Below, one piece after another: positions 1 through 12,416 of a stretch of DNA of 64,000 nt. The position numbers and the translations under genes were made by a program. Location: NCBI RefSeq assembly GCF_009834535.1, contig NC_045703.1, positions 71,858,001 to 71,922,000 on the forward strand, given 5' to 3'. The notes under the pieces are model-generated. The model ran no database searches. It saw only the letters and a list, made by a program, of their open reading frames with translations, and had not been told where the DNA came from. The stretch is from Camelus ferus. Lineage: Eukaryota. Positions within the stretch are counted from its first letter, which is position 1. Each line of letters opens with the position of its first letter.

Positions 1-746
1 ACATGGTGCTGAGTGAAAGAAGTTATAACAAAAGACCACATGTTATATGATTCTAGTTATATGAAACGTCCAGAACTGGCAAATCCACTGAGATAAAAAA
101 CAGACTGGTGGTTTCCAGGAGGATGGGGGAGGGAGTAAGGCAAGTGAGTGCTGATAGGCATGAGGGGGTAAAAATACCCTAACGTTAGCTGTGCTAGCTG
201 CAAAAGCTTGAATAAACTAAAACCACTGAGTTGTATTTTAAAGGGGTGAATTTGTGGTATGTGAATTTTATTTTAATCACGCTGTTATTTAAAAAATGAA
301 GCAGCGTTTTCACTTATCAATGGTAATATCTAAAAGTCTGGTCATATGTTGTGCTGAGAAGGATGTGGGTAAGGAGGTACTCTGTCTGCTGAGAGTGGTC
401 ATGTAAATTGATACAGCCTCTTTTGTGAATAATTTTGCCATTTCTATCAATATTTAATATGCATATGTCCTTTGACTCAGAACGTCCAATCCAAGGAAAA
501 TATTCTAGTAGTAAATTCATCTTTGTACACAACAGATTTGGTAAATCGTCAATAAGATACACTGTTGGATGATACAATTTGAAAAAGATCTGAGGCTTAG
601 TTAACAGTATAGTACCAATGTTAATTTCCTGGTTTTGATAGTTATGTAATTGTTACATAAGTTTTCAATATCAGGGTAAACTGGGTAAAGGATATATGGG
701 AACTCTGTATACTATTTTGTGACATTTTTGTAACTCTAAAATTATT
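1..746 (+). mobile_element. Old L1 (L1MB/MC/ME-type) 3' fragments
   Basis: Typical ancient L1 3'UTR text (ctgagtgaaagaag...gaccacatgttatatgattc; gtaccaatgttaatttcctgg...ctctaaaattatt). Subfamily from memory. Confidence 0.75.
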
Positions 747-1367
747 ACGTGCACCCCAGTGTTCACAGCAGCACAATTTACAAGAGCCAAGGCATGGAAA
801 CAACATAAATGTTCATTGACTGATGACTAGNNNNNNNNNNNNNNNNNNNNNNNNNNNNNNNNNNNNNNNNNNNNNNNNNNNNNNNNNNNNNNNNNNNNNN
901 NNNNNNNNNNNNNNNNNNNNNNNNNNNNNNNNNNNNNNNNNNNNNNNNNNNNNNNNNNNNNNNNATCGTCATTATAAGTGAAGTAAGTCAGACAGAGGGA
1001 AAAAAAAAACATATATCACTTATATGTGGAATCTAAAAAAAAAAAAAGGCACAAACGAACTTATTTACAAAACAGACACAGACTCATAGACATAGAAAAC
1101 TCATTCATGGGTACCAGGGATGAGAGAGGGTGGGAAGAGACAAAATGGGAGTTCAAGATTTGCAGATACTAACTACTGTAAGTAAAGTAAACAAGTTTAT
1201 ACTGTATACCACAGGTAACTATATTATATATTATTGTATATTAAGATATATAATATAGTGACCTATAATGAAAGAACATGAAAAGGAATATATGTGTATA
1301 TGTATAACTGAATTATGCTGTACACCAGAAATTGACACAACATTGTAAATCAACTACAATAAAAAGA
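747..1367 (+). mobile_element. Lineage-specific 5'-truncated L1 3' end nested in an older L1 tail; contains N gap 831-964
   Basis: gtgcaccccagtgttcacagcagc...acagactcatagacatagaaaac...cattgtaaatcaactacaataaaa; TSD taaaattatt at 737-746 and 1368-1377. Confidence 0.9.
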
Positions 1368-2987
1368 TAAAATTATTGCAAAATAAAAGTTTTTAAATAG
1401 CGTACGTAATTTTAGAATAAAAACATACACTGTCAAAATATAGGTGTTTGGAAATGAACACAATTCAGAACAGCTCCCTGCAGACAGGAGTGTGGAGGAT
1501 ACGGTCAGAAGGATGTACAGAGAGCTCACCTAATTTTGCTTTATGAGCTGCAGGATAGATATTAAGGTGTTTATTGCATTTTTCTTTGAAATTTTTGTAT
1601 GTAGGTTTTTTATAACAAATTATTAAGAGGAAAGAGTGTAGAAAAAAGACAATTCAAAAATGGTTGCAATCAGTGTTGTGAGTCACGAATGTCCCGGAAC
1701 CGCCCCCGCAAGGGGTCCAGGATTCAAGCTCCGGGTTTGAAGAACTTGACGTGTCAGCAAGTCCCCGTGCATCACACGGGTGCTTTTGACCCCACTGCAG
1801 GACGCGTCCAGGGAGGAGAGTGCTCGTGCTGGGATGCCCTGTCCTTGCGATGAAAGAAAGGGGACCAGGCGGAGAACCATTCGTTCCGAGACGAGCGCGG
1901 TCTCGGTGTTCACAGAGAGATGCCATCCGCCCGTTCAGGAAGGCTGGGCAGCTTCTCTGCCCGGGCTCCGCACGCCGGTGTGAAAGACTTTTGTCGGGAT
2001 GGGTGAGTCACAGTTTCACCCACAGACAGGAGCAGTGCCTAGCAACCACGCGTCGTTTTCCTCCACGAGGTTCCTACGTCTCTGCATCCCTATGGAGACC
2101 ATTATTTTCTTCTCGCTTTAATCTTTGGGTGACACAAGACAAGATCCTCCCAGCTTTTCCTTTCTCTAACCCGCAGGGGTGGATGTGGATTGAGCCAAAA
2201 CAGCAGCAAGGGAACAGTTGTGGACCCGGATCCCTCAAAGAGCCAGCCGGCTTTTGTATTTTCCAGCCTAAGGGACAACCTCCAGGAGTCACGTCCGCTT
2301 CCTCTCGGCTCTTACTACTGCCTCTCGGCCTTCAGGGCCGGGATGGATGCTGGGTTCGTAGGGGCTCCTGATTCGGGATGCGGGTGTCAAACATCCAGTA
2401 AAATCCTGCAGAGAGCACAGCAAACAGGAGCAGCTGGTCGGCAGGTGGATACAAACGAACAGGAGAAACACTGAGCTGTTTCGCTAGCAGTTCCACTTTT
2501 AAACCTGGTTTTGCGGTGGATTCGCGCCCACGTTTTGGTCGTCATTGTACTGGGGGGGGCTTAGCCCCGTGAAGTTCTGCTCCCTCACCCGTCAGTCCGT
2601 CAGCACTGTTGCCGTCCTTCCGTGTGGCCCTCCTGGGGTCGTGGCCAGCTTTCTGATCTACAAACGGCTGTCCCTCCGACGCCCACCTCCAGCCCTCTTC
2701 TGCACCTCACCTGACGGTCTGCTAAGCCCCTTCGTCCATTCTTTGACTCCACGACCCATCCAGGCCCAACAACTCCGGACTTGCACACCCAGCTCAGAAC
2801 CGCTCAGAGGGTGCCCGGCAGGCCCGTGTGGCGTCGCAGCCGCAGCGGGGCGTCTAACGCGTCTGCTCCCCGCCTCGTGCGCCCTCTCTCCATGCGCACT
2901 AATCACGCCGCCACCTACCTGCTTGCTCCTAAGAGACTGGGGGTCACTCTTGACGCTGAGGTTGACCGTCAGTGAGAGCCATTAAAC

Positions 2988-3562
2988 TGTAACGGTCCCC
3001 CCTAAATTAACAAAGAAGGCACTGTGGCCTGCCTTTGCTGGTCAAACTCGCTTTGATTGTTTTTACAAAAACCTGCATGTCCTCCAGCATCAAGGTGCTT
3101 GCTTGAGTTGTTCTGCAGGAACTTGGAGTCTGCTGTGTCCAGTCCAACTCAAGCTGGTGAAGGCTGGTTGGGACCCACTGACCCTCCAACTGAGCATGTG
3201 CAAGTGTCTGCTTGGTGGGTGACAACAGAGGGCACGAAGCTCCACCCTCAGACCAGGCTAACGTGCCATTTTCTGAGCATGCTTCCCACGAAGACACCTG
3301 CCGCTTAGCGGGGGCTGTGCAGAACCACCATTCCCTCGCCGTTTTAAAATCTCAAATCACCTTCCCCGGCTCCCCAGGCCTCAGACACCCTGCGTCTTTG
3401 TCCCATAAGTACCTTGAGCTTTCACCTTTAGGGGGTGGATTTGAGCTCCGTTCTCCCACCTCCTTGTGTGGCTGCCTCGTGAATAAACCCTTTTTGTGCT
3501 GCACTCAGCGTCTCAGCACTGGGCTTGCGGTGTGTCGGACAGGCGGACCTGGCTCAGTGCCA
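2988..3562 (+). mobile_element. Solo LTR, ERV1-like
   Basis: Begins TGTAAC, ends CA, AATAAA at about 3482, and has an ERV1-type U5 (gtctcagcactgggcttgcggtgtgtcgg...). TSD not found, so ends are approximate. Confidence 0.7.
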
Positions 3563-3950
3563 CTCCTGCCTCCCCTGCCCCTGGTCCTCAGCTCCGTGAA
3601 ATCTTGTTCACTCTTCCACAGAAACCTCCCCCGCCCCGCGGCTGGGGTGCAGGCACCGTGGGGCAGCGGGGAAGGTAGCACCCCTCCTGACACCAGAGTT
3701 CTGGGGCAGCTACATTCCCACCAGTATCACCTTCTAGAGGAGGACAGGGAGCTGTGAAGATGGATGGCGGTGATGACTCAGTCCCAGGGCCGCAGGCAGG
3801 ACCAGGGAGGATGGCCCGGGCCACACACGTCGGGCAGGGGCCCTCACCACGGGGCTGCACTGCCGAGACATCCTCCCAGCCCTTACTCAGATAAGAGCAT
3901 CCACTGGCGGGGAGCCTGGGTTCCTGCAGCAAGTGGAGGGCGTCCAAGCT

Positions 3951-4004
3951 ATCCCCACGCACAGCCCCATCCCCGCGCACAGCCCCGCCCCCGCACACAG
4001 CCCT
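3951..4004. repeat. 18-bp minisatellite, 3 units
   Basis: atccccacgcacagcccc / atccccgcgcacagcccc / gcccccgcacacagccct. Confidence 0.9.
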
Positions 4005-4821
4005 GTCCCTGCCTCTGTCCACCGCGGGGCCGCGCCTGGGGGACCCTGGGAAAGCAAGGATGCGTTGTTTCCCCAGTTCCTGGGATCAACCTTCTACCTC
4101 CTCCCCGAGGTGAGAAGGATTGCCAGAGTGTGACAGCTGTGTGAAAATTAGCACCTTCCTTACACAGCTGACTTCACATCCAACCACCCCGTGGTCTGGT
4201 GGGCACGGAGGAGGGCAGACAGTTGTCCGTCTGTCTGACGTCTCCACCAGTCGCCTGCTTCTCAGAACACAATCTCCTTGTCCCGTCCGTCTGACAGGGA
4301 GTGTTGCAGTCAGAGCACATGGAGTAAACTGGCCAGGTTCTACCCCAAAATTCCAAAGGGCACTGTGGGATCTAAAATTGGGCTTACAGAAGCTGAGTCA
4401 TGGCCTGGAGGATGGCGTACGTGACATGTGACAGGTCCGAAGTGGGGAGGGGCACCAGGGCTGGCTGGAGGTGGGGACTGGACCCGGAGGTGCCGGGAGC
4501 AGGGTGAGTGAGAGGCCCCAGCCCCTCCCCGAGTGTCCTTGGAGGGCAGTGAGCCTCTGTCAGCCTTGGGGGCCGAGCCAGGCTGACCGTCCAGGACCAA
4601 GGATCTGGTGCGCGGGGCCAGGCTCTCGGGACTGCTGCTCTGAAATGCTTCCCAAGGTCGCGCTCAGGACTGCATATGTTAATCACTAGTTAATTAATAT
4701 TGATTATGAATTGCTATTGAGCAAAATTCCCTACTGGCTCTGAAATACGTTTTGCTCATCAGCAAAATGAGGATAAGAACCACTTCACAAAATTGTAATA
4801 AAGATTAAAAATGTATGTTGC

Positions 4822-4967
4822 GGGGAGGGTACAGCTCAGTGGCAGAGCACATGCTTAGCATGCACAAGGTCCTGGGTTCAATCCCCAGTATCTCTGTTAA
4901 AAATGAATAAATAAATAAACCTAATTACTCCCCCCCAAAAAACCCCCAAACAAAAATAATTTTTTTA
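4822..4967 (+). mobile_element. tRNA-derived SINE (camelid Vic-1 type)
   Basis: ggggagggtacagctcagtggcagagc (A box) ... gggttcaatcccc (B box), followed by taaataaacctaattac and an A-rich tail. Confidence 0.9.
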
Positions 4968-4989
4968 AAGCTGCTGTAAGCATTGGGTG

Positions 4990-6010
4990 CCAGTATTTCT
5001 GAAGAACAAAATTTCCATTTCTTTCGGGTAAATGTCTACAAATGGAAAGGCTGGGCCACATGGAGATACCTGTTTACATTTTTAAGTAACTACCAAACAT
5101 TTTCTGAAGTTGATGTACTATTTCGTCTTGCTGCCAGCAGTGTGCGAGTTCCCGCATCCTTGTCAGTACCTGACACGGTCAGACGTCTAAATTTTAGCCT
5201 TCGTGGCAGGTGTACAGTAGTTTCTCACTGTGCTTTCAACTTGCATTTCCATAGTAACCAATCACACTCAGCGTGTCTTCATTTTTATTTTTTATCTGTG
5301 CATCTTATTTTGTGAAGCATCCATCCAAGTCTTCTGTCCACTGTAACTGCATTGCTTGTTTGCTTACGGTTCAGTAGTAAGAGGTCTTTACAGGTGTAAG
5401 TCCTTTGCTGGGCACGTATTTTCTCCCAGGATGTGACCTGCTTTTTCATTTTCATAACAATGTGTTTTAATGAGAAAACATTTTCATTTTGAGGAAGTCA
5501 CATTTATTGATTTTTTTTTTTTGGTCTTTTATAATTAGTGGTGTTGGGGTTCTTTTAAAGAAACTTTTGCCAAACTCAGGGTCACTAAGATTGTCTCCTC
5601 TGTTTTCTTCTGAAAGTTTTGTAGTTTTATCCTTTACATTTGGGCTTAGGACCTATTTCAGGTTGATGCTTCAGATGGTGTGAGTTAAGAGTTTGCACGT
5701 TTGGTTTTGTCTTTATATGCCTACCAGTTGTCCCAGGGCCACTCGCTGAGACTTGCCTTGAATCATTAATTGATCATAGACACAGGGTCTATTTCTCGCT
5801 TCCTGTGTATCTTTTTCTATCCTTGTGCCAACACCACATAGCTTTGATTAATGTAGTTCCATCATATGTCTTGAAATCATTTAGGATTTTGTTCTTTTTC
5901 AATGCCATTTTTGTCTATATTAGGTCATTTTCATTTCCATTTAAAATTTACAATTAGCTTATCAGCATCTAACCAAAAAAGCTGGGATTTAACTGAAACT
6001 GCCTTGAATT
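4990..6010 (-). mobile_element. Old L1 ORF2 3' region, antisense
   Basis: T-rich degenerate L1 antisense text (tctcactgtgctttcaacttgcatttcc; ctaagattgtctcctctgttttcttctgaaagtttt). Confidence 0.8.
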
Positions 6011-6019
6011 TTGTAAGAA

Positions 6020-6880
6020 AATTTTAAAATATGCTCTTTAGATTGAAAAGCTCACAGCAGGCATTGAAAAAAGGACAGGAAGATTCACAAGTTACTGAAA
6101 AGCAAGGGGAAGAAGGAACCTTTAAGCATCCAGACCAAGAAGACAAAGTGCCCTGTAAGACAGCATCAGGCCGGCCCCGGGATGGCCCCTCCCAGCGCTC
6201 CATCCAGCGGCGGGGGAGCACCTGCAGATTGTCAAAGAAGGAATATGACTGATGAATTTTCTACCAAGTCAAATTGTCATTTAAGTACAAAAGGACAGAA
6301 CAAGACATAAGAATGGGAAGCAATAAAAGTAACTGCTAGAGCAAAACACCAACATCCGGCTTACGAGACCTCCACACATAAAACAAAACAACCCCAGGTG
6401 AGTTTCGTGGAAAATGTGTTTCAAATAAGCAATAAAAATAGTAAATGTAGCATTAAAAAATGACAAAATACTAGAAATATTCTCCATATCAATAAACGCA
6501 ACTGGCCTAATCTGATTTTTAAAATACAGACCCCAGCTTGGAGCAAAAAGCAAAAACTAACATTCAGCACAAAAACATAAATAAATAAAAACACCTAAAA
6601 TGAAGCACACGCTCGTGAGAAACCTGTGCCTACGGAACGGGACCCGCATTTGAAGTGAGACAGTGACTTTCACGTGGATTACGTGTGTGTAAAAGGGCCT
6701 AATTCAGTGTTTTCAGGACCAGGAAGATTCAGTCCATGAGTTAAACAGGCAGCGCAGAGCCACAAGCACTGACGGGGTATCTCTGGAAAAGACATTTAAA
6801 TTCGAATTATTTTTAAGACGGTGCGAACAACACAAATATTTTTACAGGTCAGATATACTGGACGAGGGTTTCTGAGCTTA
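6020..6880 (+). mobile_element. Degenerate old L1 ORF1/endonuclease remnants
   Basis: A-rich, with patches resembling the L1 ORF1 end and EN region (tttaagcatccagac; aaaagggcctaattca...ccaggaagat). Confidence 0.5.
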
Positions 6881-7224
6881 ACATTTTTACTTAAAGGAAA
6901 AAAGAAGTGTTTATACAGGAGGTAAAGTAAGGAAGCCAGACTACTATTGCAGTATTGGGGCGGGTTGGGGGGTCAGGAGTCAGTTCTGAACGAGGCAGTG
7001 GGGCCGGGGTCGGGGGGCCCTGGGAGAGTCGAGCAGGGCCACGAAGAGCAGTCAGGCTTAGCAGTGGTGGGCTGTGCAGCGGTCGGGGAGCCAAGGAGCA
7101 TCGCATCATAGTCATTTAAGTTCAGCTTGTATCCATCTCATCGCACTGCAAGCTTCATAGTATTAATTATCTGTCACCGTGATTTACACTTAGAAGAGAG
7201 ACAGTCTAAAGTCACAGAAAACCA

Positions 7225-7430
7225 TCAGCCTGGGAGTCAGATGAGCATGGATTCGATCCCAGCCACTTACTGCTACCCTCGTTCGTAACGGCATCGCCAC
7301 TCACTTGTGCGCGGCTACCTTGGCAAACCACCACACCAGCTCTCTGCCTTGGGAGCCCTGCGGTCAGACCTGTTTACTGTCCTGAGCACCAGGTGTTCAG
7401 GCACGTGGGCTCTGCTGCCTCATCTGGAGG
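7225..7430 (+). mobile_element. MIR relic
   Basis: gcctgggagtcaga...gggattcgatcccagccacttact...ctgcctcatctg. Confidence 0.55.
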
Positions 7431-8184
7431 GGATGCTCTCACAGGCCGGACTGCAAGGTGGGAGACCAACTCACCCTCCTCCCCTCTCCATTTCTGACCC
7501 AGGGACGCCCCACCCACGCCCAGAAGGAAGGCGCTACACCCCCCAGCACAGCAAACCAAAAGTTACAGGACCCAGAAGGTGTTCTGGAAAAAATGAAAAA
7601 CTCATCTTCAAGGACTCTAACTCAATACGTTTTCTTCCCCAAAATTGCATCAGAAAGTCATTTCATGAATTGTCACCAAGACACGAAGGAAAACAGCCAC
7701 ATCAGTGCGCCAGATTCGTCCTGGGGGGAGAATTCTATGCCCGCCTGGTTTTCAATTAGCTGGACAGAAAGCAACGAGTGGGGACCCTGGGCCACCTCGT
7801 TATCCACAGAAGGCAACTCAGCCCCGGCTCCGGGACACATGGCCACTCTGCTGTGCTGACCACCTGGCCCGAGAGCTCGTGGACGCCAGTGATCAGAATC
7901 CCCGTGGCTCCCCCCACACGAAGCTGGAAAACCATCTCAGTAAGTACGGTTCTACCGCAACTTCAAGATATTTGAAATCTTTTCTGTGAAATTTGATGTC
8001 ATCCCCAGCCAACTGTTTGTTCTTCAATGCATTGTCCAGATCATTAATTCACCGCGATGAAGAAAGGATGGAAACCATGGTTTCTTTTCAGAAAAACACT
8101 TTCAACTTAGCCATGCAAGAAATTTTGAGCAATTGAGCCAAGGGTCATCCCATTTGGAACATACCCTTTAAAGAGTTACGCTAT

Positions 8185-8508
8185 AAATACAAAACACAAA
8201 CAGACTCATAGACATAGAATACAAATTTGTGGTTGCCGGGGGGAGGGAGGGTGGGAAGGGCAGACTGGGAGTTCAAAATTTGTAGATACTGACAGGTATA
8301 TATGGAATAGATTAAACACGATGATACTGTACAGCACAGGGAAATACATACAAGATCCTGTGGTAGCTCACAGTGAAAAAGACTGCGGCAATGAATATAC
8401 GTCTTTTCATGTATAATTGAAAAATTGCTCTAAGCTGGAAATTGACACAACATTGTAAACTGACTATAACTCAATAAAATAAAATTTTAACAAACTCTAA
8501 AAAACATG
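8185..8508 (+). mobile_element. Lineage-specific L1 3' end with TSD
   Basis: TSD aagagttacgctat 8171-8184 / aagagttatgctat 8509-8522 (one CpG-type difference); ttt|aaa endonuclease site. Confidence 0.9.
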
Positions 8509-9793
8509 AAGAGTTATGCTATTTAACGATAACATAAAAGAGCTTTTTAAACGGCTAATCCAATGATTTAATTTTAATCACACTGGGGAGACAGGCCACG
8601 TCGCAGTGTAACTGTCTTGTCCCTGCAAACATGCCGGGCATGAAGTCATGGAAAGCTCGTGGACTTCAGGGACAGACACAGACCTAGCTGATTACTCCCA
8701 GCATCCCATGAGCTACGGAAGCGTGGACGAACGTCTGAAAACGCCAAGATATGGTAAGATTGCACAAGTAGCGATACCGAACCCCTATCCCATCAGGGTC
8801 AAGGTGGTGCAGACAGCTCAGGGATTACAGCTCGGATGATTACTCCCATCATCCAGCATAAAGCCAGCCTGCTGATTTCCTTTGCCCTCTGGTTTTCTGC
8901 AATTCACAGCCTGGCCTCTGGGGACGTGCTGTGTCCCAGCGGGCCCACCGCTCTGCGGTGTAAACTGCGTCTGGGAGCAGCGCTTGTCCCGGTGGGTCAG
9001 CGTGAAGACAAAGCAGGAGTGTGTGAGCAGGTGTGACTCCTGGCGCGGGGGAGCGAGTCTGCAGTGCCAGCTGTGGTGGCCGCGCCCGTCACGGGCCTGC
9101 CAGGCTTCCTGCAGGTCGGTGTCTGTGCTGGAGACAGAAAACGAGCACGAGGCAGAGACGCTAAGAAAGGAGCAGGAAGTGAGACGTTAGTGAGGGGGGA
9201 AGGCAGGGAAAACTGTCCACATCACGGGAAGAAACTAGTTCTGACCAAAGGAGAAGAAATAGGGGAGCAGCCGCTGGAACCAGAACTTACCTCACTGCAC
9301 TCAGCGCGCTTCACGTTGGTGCTCACGCCGCAGGGAGGCCACGTGCGTGAGACCGCTGATCCAGACCAAGGCCATTATGCTGACACATTCCTTGCAAAAC
9401 TTACACAGATACAGCGGATGCATTTTCAAAACCAAAAACTAAATAACACAACAAGACATTTTACTCTGGTGGCACAGTAAACTAAAAATTGCAACAAATA
9501 AGGCATATGTCATGAGTGCTTGCAATTTTTTAAAGGCAATTCCTTCTCGCTTTTCAATACTTTCAGCATAGTAGCACTCTTTTGAAAATGACAGAACTAG
9601 GTTATCCCTAATTCAAAAATAATTTGCATGCTCCTTCTTTAATCTCATCTCAACATAGTGAATAACAATATAAAACCATCTCAGGAACAATCTTAGTTCA
9701 CAAAAGACTGTTCTTTGGATATGTTCTGGAGGATATGCAAGTTCCTCAAAATGTTTTTTCTAGTATGAAAGTAACCGTTAAACAGGCACATGA

Positions 9794-10211
9794 GGATGGA
9801 CCTGGAGATGGTCATTCTAAGTGAAGTCAGCCAGAAAGAGAAAGAAAAATACCATATGATATCACTTATATGTGGAATCTAAAAAAAAGAAAAAAGAAGA
9901 CACTAATGAACTCCTCTACAAAACAAAAACAGGCTTGCAGACATAGTAAACAATCTTATGGCTACCAGGGGAGAGGAGGTGGGATGGGATAAATTTGGGA
10001 GTTCGAGATTTGCAAATATTATCTACTATATAAAAAAATAGATTAAAAAACAAATTTCTTCTGTAGAGCACAGGGAACAATATTCAGTATCTTGTAATAA
10101 TCTTCAATAAAAAAGAATATGAAAATGAATATATGTATTATATATATGCATGACTGTACACCAGAAACTGACACATTGTAAGTGACTTTACTTCAACTAA
10201 AAAAAGCCAAA
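9794..10211 (+). mobile_element. Lineage-specific L1 3' end
   Basis: ggatggacctggagatggtcattctaagtgaag...gttcgagatttgcaaat...cttcaactaaaaaaa; imperfect TSD aaacaggcacatga / aaacaagtcacatga. Confidence 0.88.
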
Positions 10212-11239
10212 AAACAAGTCACATGAACACCAATTGTTTTTATGAGAGACGCTTCATAAAGAAGTCAAGTATAGTCGTGGTTCAACCATAGCTAATTATC
10301 CGTGTTAAAAATAAGCCCTTTAGATACTGTTAAGATGTGCCACTTTCTTCAAAAACAGGCACCATTTAATTGGAACACACACCACCTCCTGGTTCTCAGT
10401 CCATCGTCCATCAATCACTCGGACCCAAGGAATTTTCCTCAGAGCTGAACTATGTGTTTTCCCTGATGAGAAAATTCTCCTACCTAGGTGAGGAATGGCA
10501 TTCATTCCCCACACTGGGGCTCTAAGAGCAGAGCACACAAAAAACTTGGGTGGAGACACTGCCTGCAGTCTGAGAGCCAGGCGACACGTCCCAGCCCCGT
10601 GTGTGCCTCAGACCAGCCCTCGCACCCTACCCAACAGAGGTCTTAGCTCTGCTCGGGGGAATGCGTTCTTGTCTCTGTAATATGAATCAATGGAAACAAG
10701 TTTGACACAGTCTTGATCGTTGGTGGGAAGGTGGCGTGCCCAAGCACTGTCACAGAAATGCTACATGCCCGTAGTCAGGGAAGTGACCTACGAGAACACA
10801 GTATGGTCAGAAACACTCTGGAAGCCCTGTCTGGGCTGGAGGAAATTATTTCAAGAGTAGGGTCATGAAAGAAATCTGTTCTACACTCCATGTCATTTTT
10901 CAAACCATCTTTTGGTCTGTCTTCTATATTATTAAGAACGTTACTAAGTAGAAAAATAAGAAAATTAGGTGTAACCTCAAAACAATGATAAAGGACAAAG
11001 ATGAAGCTGTAACACATAGCACCACCTGAGGAGGAGCAGGGACAAAAGGCTGCGTTGCCGATGGAGCTGTTCACGAGGGACCCGAAAGATACTTCTTCAG
11101 CCACAGCCATCACTGTCCAACACTTCAACATCCAAGTCACAATGGAAATTCCATTACCCAGAGAAACTTCTGCTTTCTGCACATTTGCATAGCTTTCTCA
11201 GACCTCCCTTAACTTGCTTGCTGCTACCATCAATGATCT

Positions 11240-11735
11240 GATCAATAGAATAGAATAGAAAGTCAAGAGTTGACCCACACTGTATGGCCAATTAATTTTC
11301 AATCTATGTAGAAAGGAATATTTTTTTACAACTAGATATCCCCATGGGGGGAAAAATGAAATGTAACCCCTTACCTCACTCCATATTCAGGAAAAAAAAG
11401 TGTGGTATAGCACAGACCTAAATATAAAACTGAGAACCACTAACATTCTAGAAATCACGAAAAGATGAATACTGTCAGATCCTGCTTACACGAGGCCCCT
11501 GGGGGAGTCAAATCTGTAGAGATAGAAAGCTGAAAGCTGGGGGCCAGGGGCTGGGGGAGGAGACAGGGGTTTAGTGTTTCGTGGGGACACAGTTTTCGTC
11601 TGGAATGATGGAAACGTTATGGGGACGGAGGGAGGTGATGACTGCACAACAGTGTAATTGTACTTAACACTGCCCTTAAAAACGGTTGAGGTGGTAAATC
11701 TTTTTGTGTCTATTTCACAACAATTTTAAAAACAT
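11240..11735 (+). mobile_element. Old L1 (L1MB-like) fragments
   Basis: aatagaatagaaagtc...; gtcaaatctgtagagatagaaag...ggtgatgactgcacaacagtgtaattgtactt...atttcacaacaatttt. Confidence 0.75.
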
Positions 11736-11970
11736 ACAAGTGTTCGGGGCTATCAGGGCTACCGGGGCTGTGGGCCCCTCGTGCCCCCCTTCCCTCCCCC
11801 TGTCACTGCCCTGTCTGTCCACGCCTCCCTCCCAGTTCCTCAGACACAACCCAGCTTCTGCTCCCAGAGGCTCACAGCCTCACAGCTGCTGTTCTGTCAC
11901 TGGGAGCTCGGCTTGCCTGGCTTCAGGGCCACCTCCTCTCTCGACAGACTTATTTAAAGGGCCCCACCTG

Positions 11971-12333
11971 CAGAGAAGGACAAATATCACATGACATTAC
12001 TTACATGTGGAATGTAAAAAATTTTGACAAACGAACTTATTTACAAAACAGAAAGATTCTCACAGACATAGAAAACAAACTTATGGTTACCGGGGGCAGG
12101 GTGGTGGGGGATAAATTAGGAGTTTGGGATTAGCAGATACACACTACTGTATAGAAAATAAACAACAGGGTCCTACTGTACAGCACAGGGAATTATATTC
12201 AACATCTTGTAATGTAGAATCTGAAAAGGAAAATGTACAGCTGTGTATGCCGGGCCCACCACACTGCTCACCAGAAACTAACAGAACATTGCACACCAAC
12301 TAGACTTCAATTTTAAAAAATTAAAAATTAAAA
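11971..12333 (+). mobile_element. Lineage-specific L1 3' end with 15-bp TSD
   Basis: TSD aaagggccccacctg 11956-11970 / aaagggccccacttg 12334-12348; tattt|aaa site. Confidence 0.92.
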
Positions 12334-12416
12334 AAAGGGCCCCACTTGGAAGCCTTTCCTAAGACACTGCTTATTTTCTCCTAAATACTTCATTCAAATG
12401 TGTCTTCTTTTATGTA

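Noticed and set aside
2140-2180. Strong-looking + strand splice acceptor at 2176
   Set aside because: The branch-like CTAAC is only about 6 nt from the AG, and I found no partner donor or transcript evidence.
1654-2985. ERV internal (gag/env) sequence attached to the LTR
   Set aside because: No polypurine tract before the LTR and no gag/pol/env motifs in any ORF.
4822-4895. tRNA genes at 4822, 17756 and 28849
   Set aside because: A and B boxes are present, but the shared SINE body, A-rich tails and a TSD show they are tRNA-derived SINEs.
10775-11182. 135-aa ORF as a possible processed pseudogene
   Set aside because: No frame on either strand resembled a protein I recognise, and there is no poly(A) or TSD.
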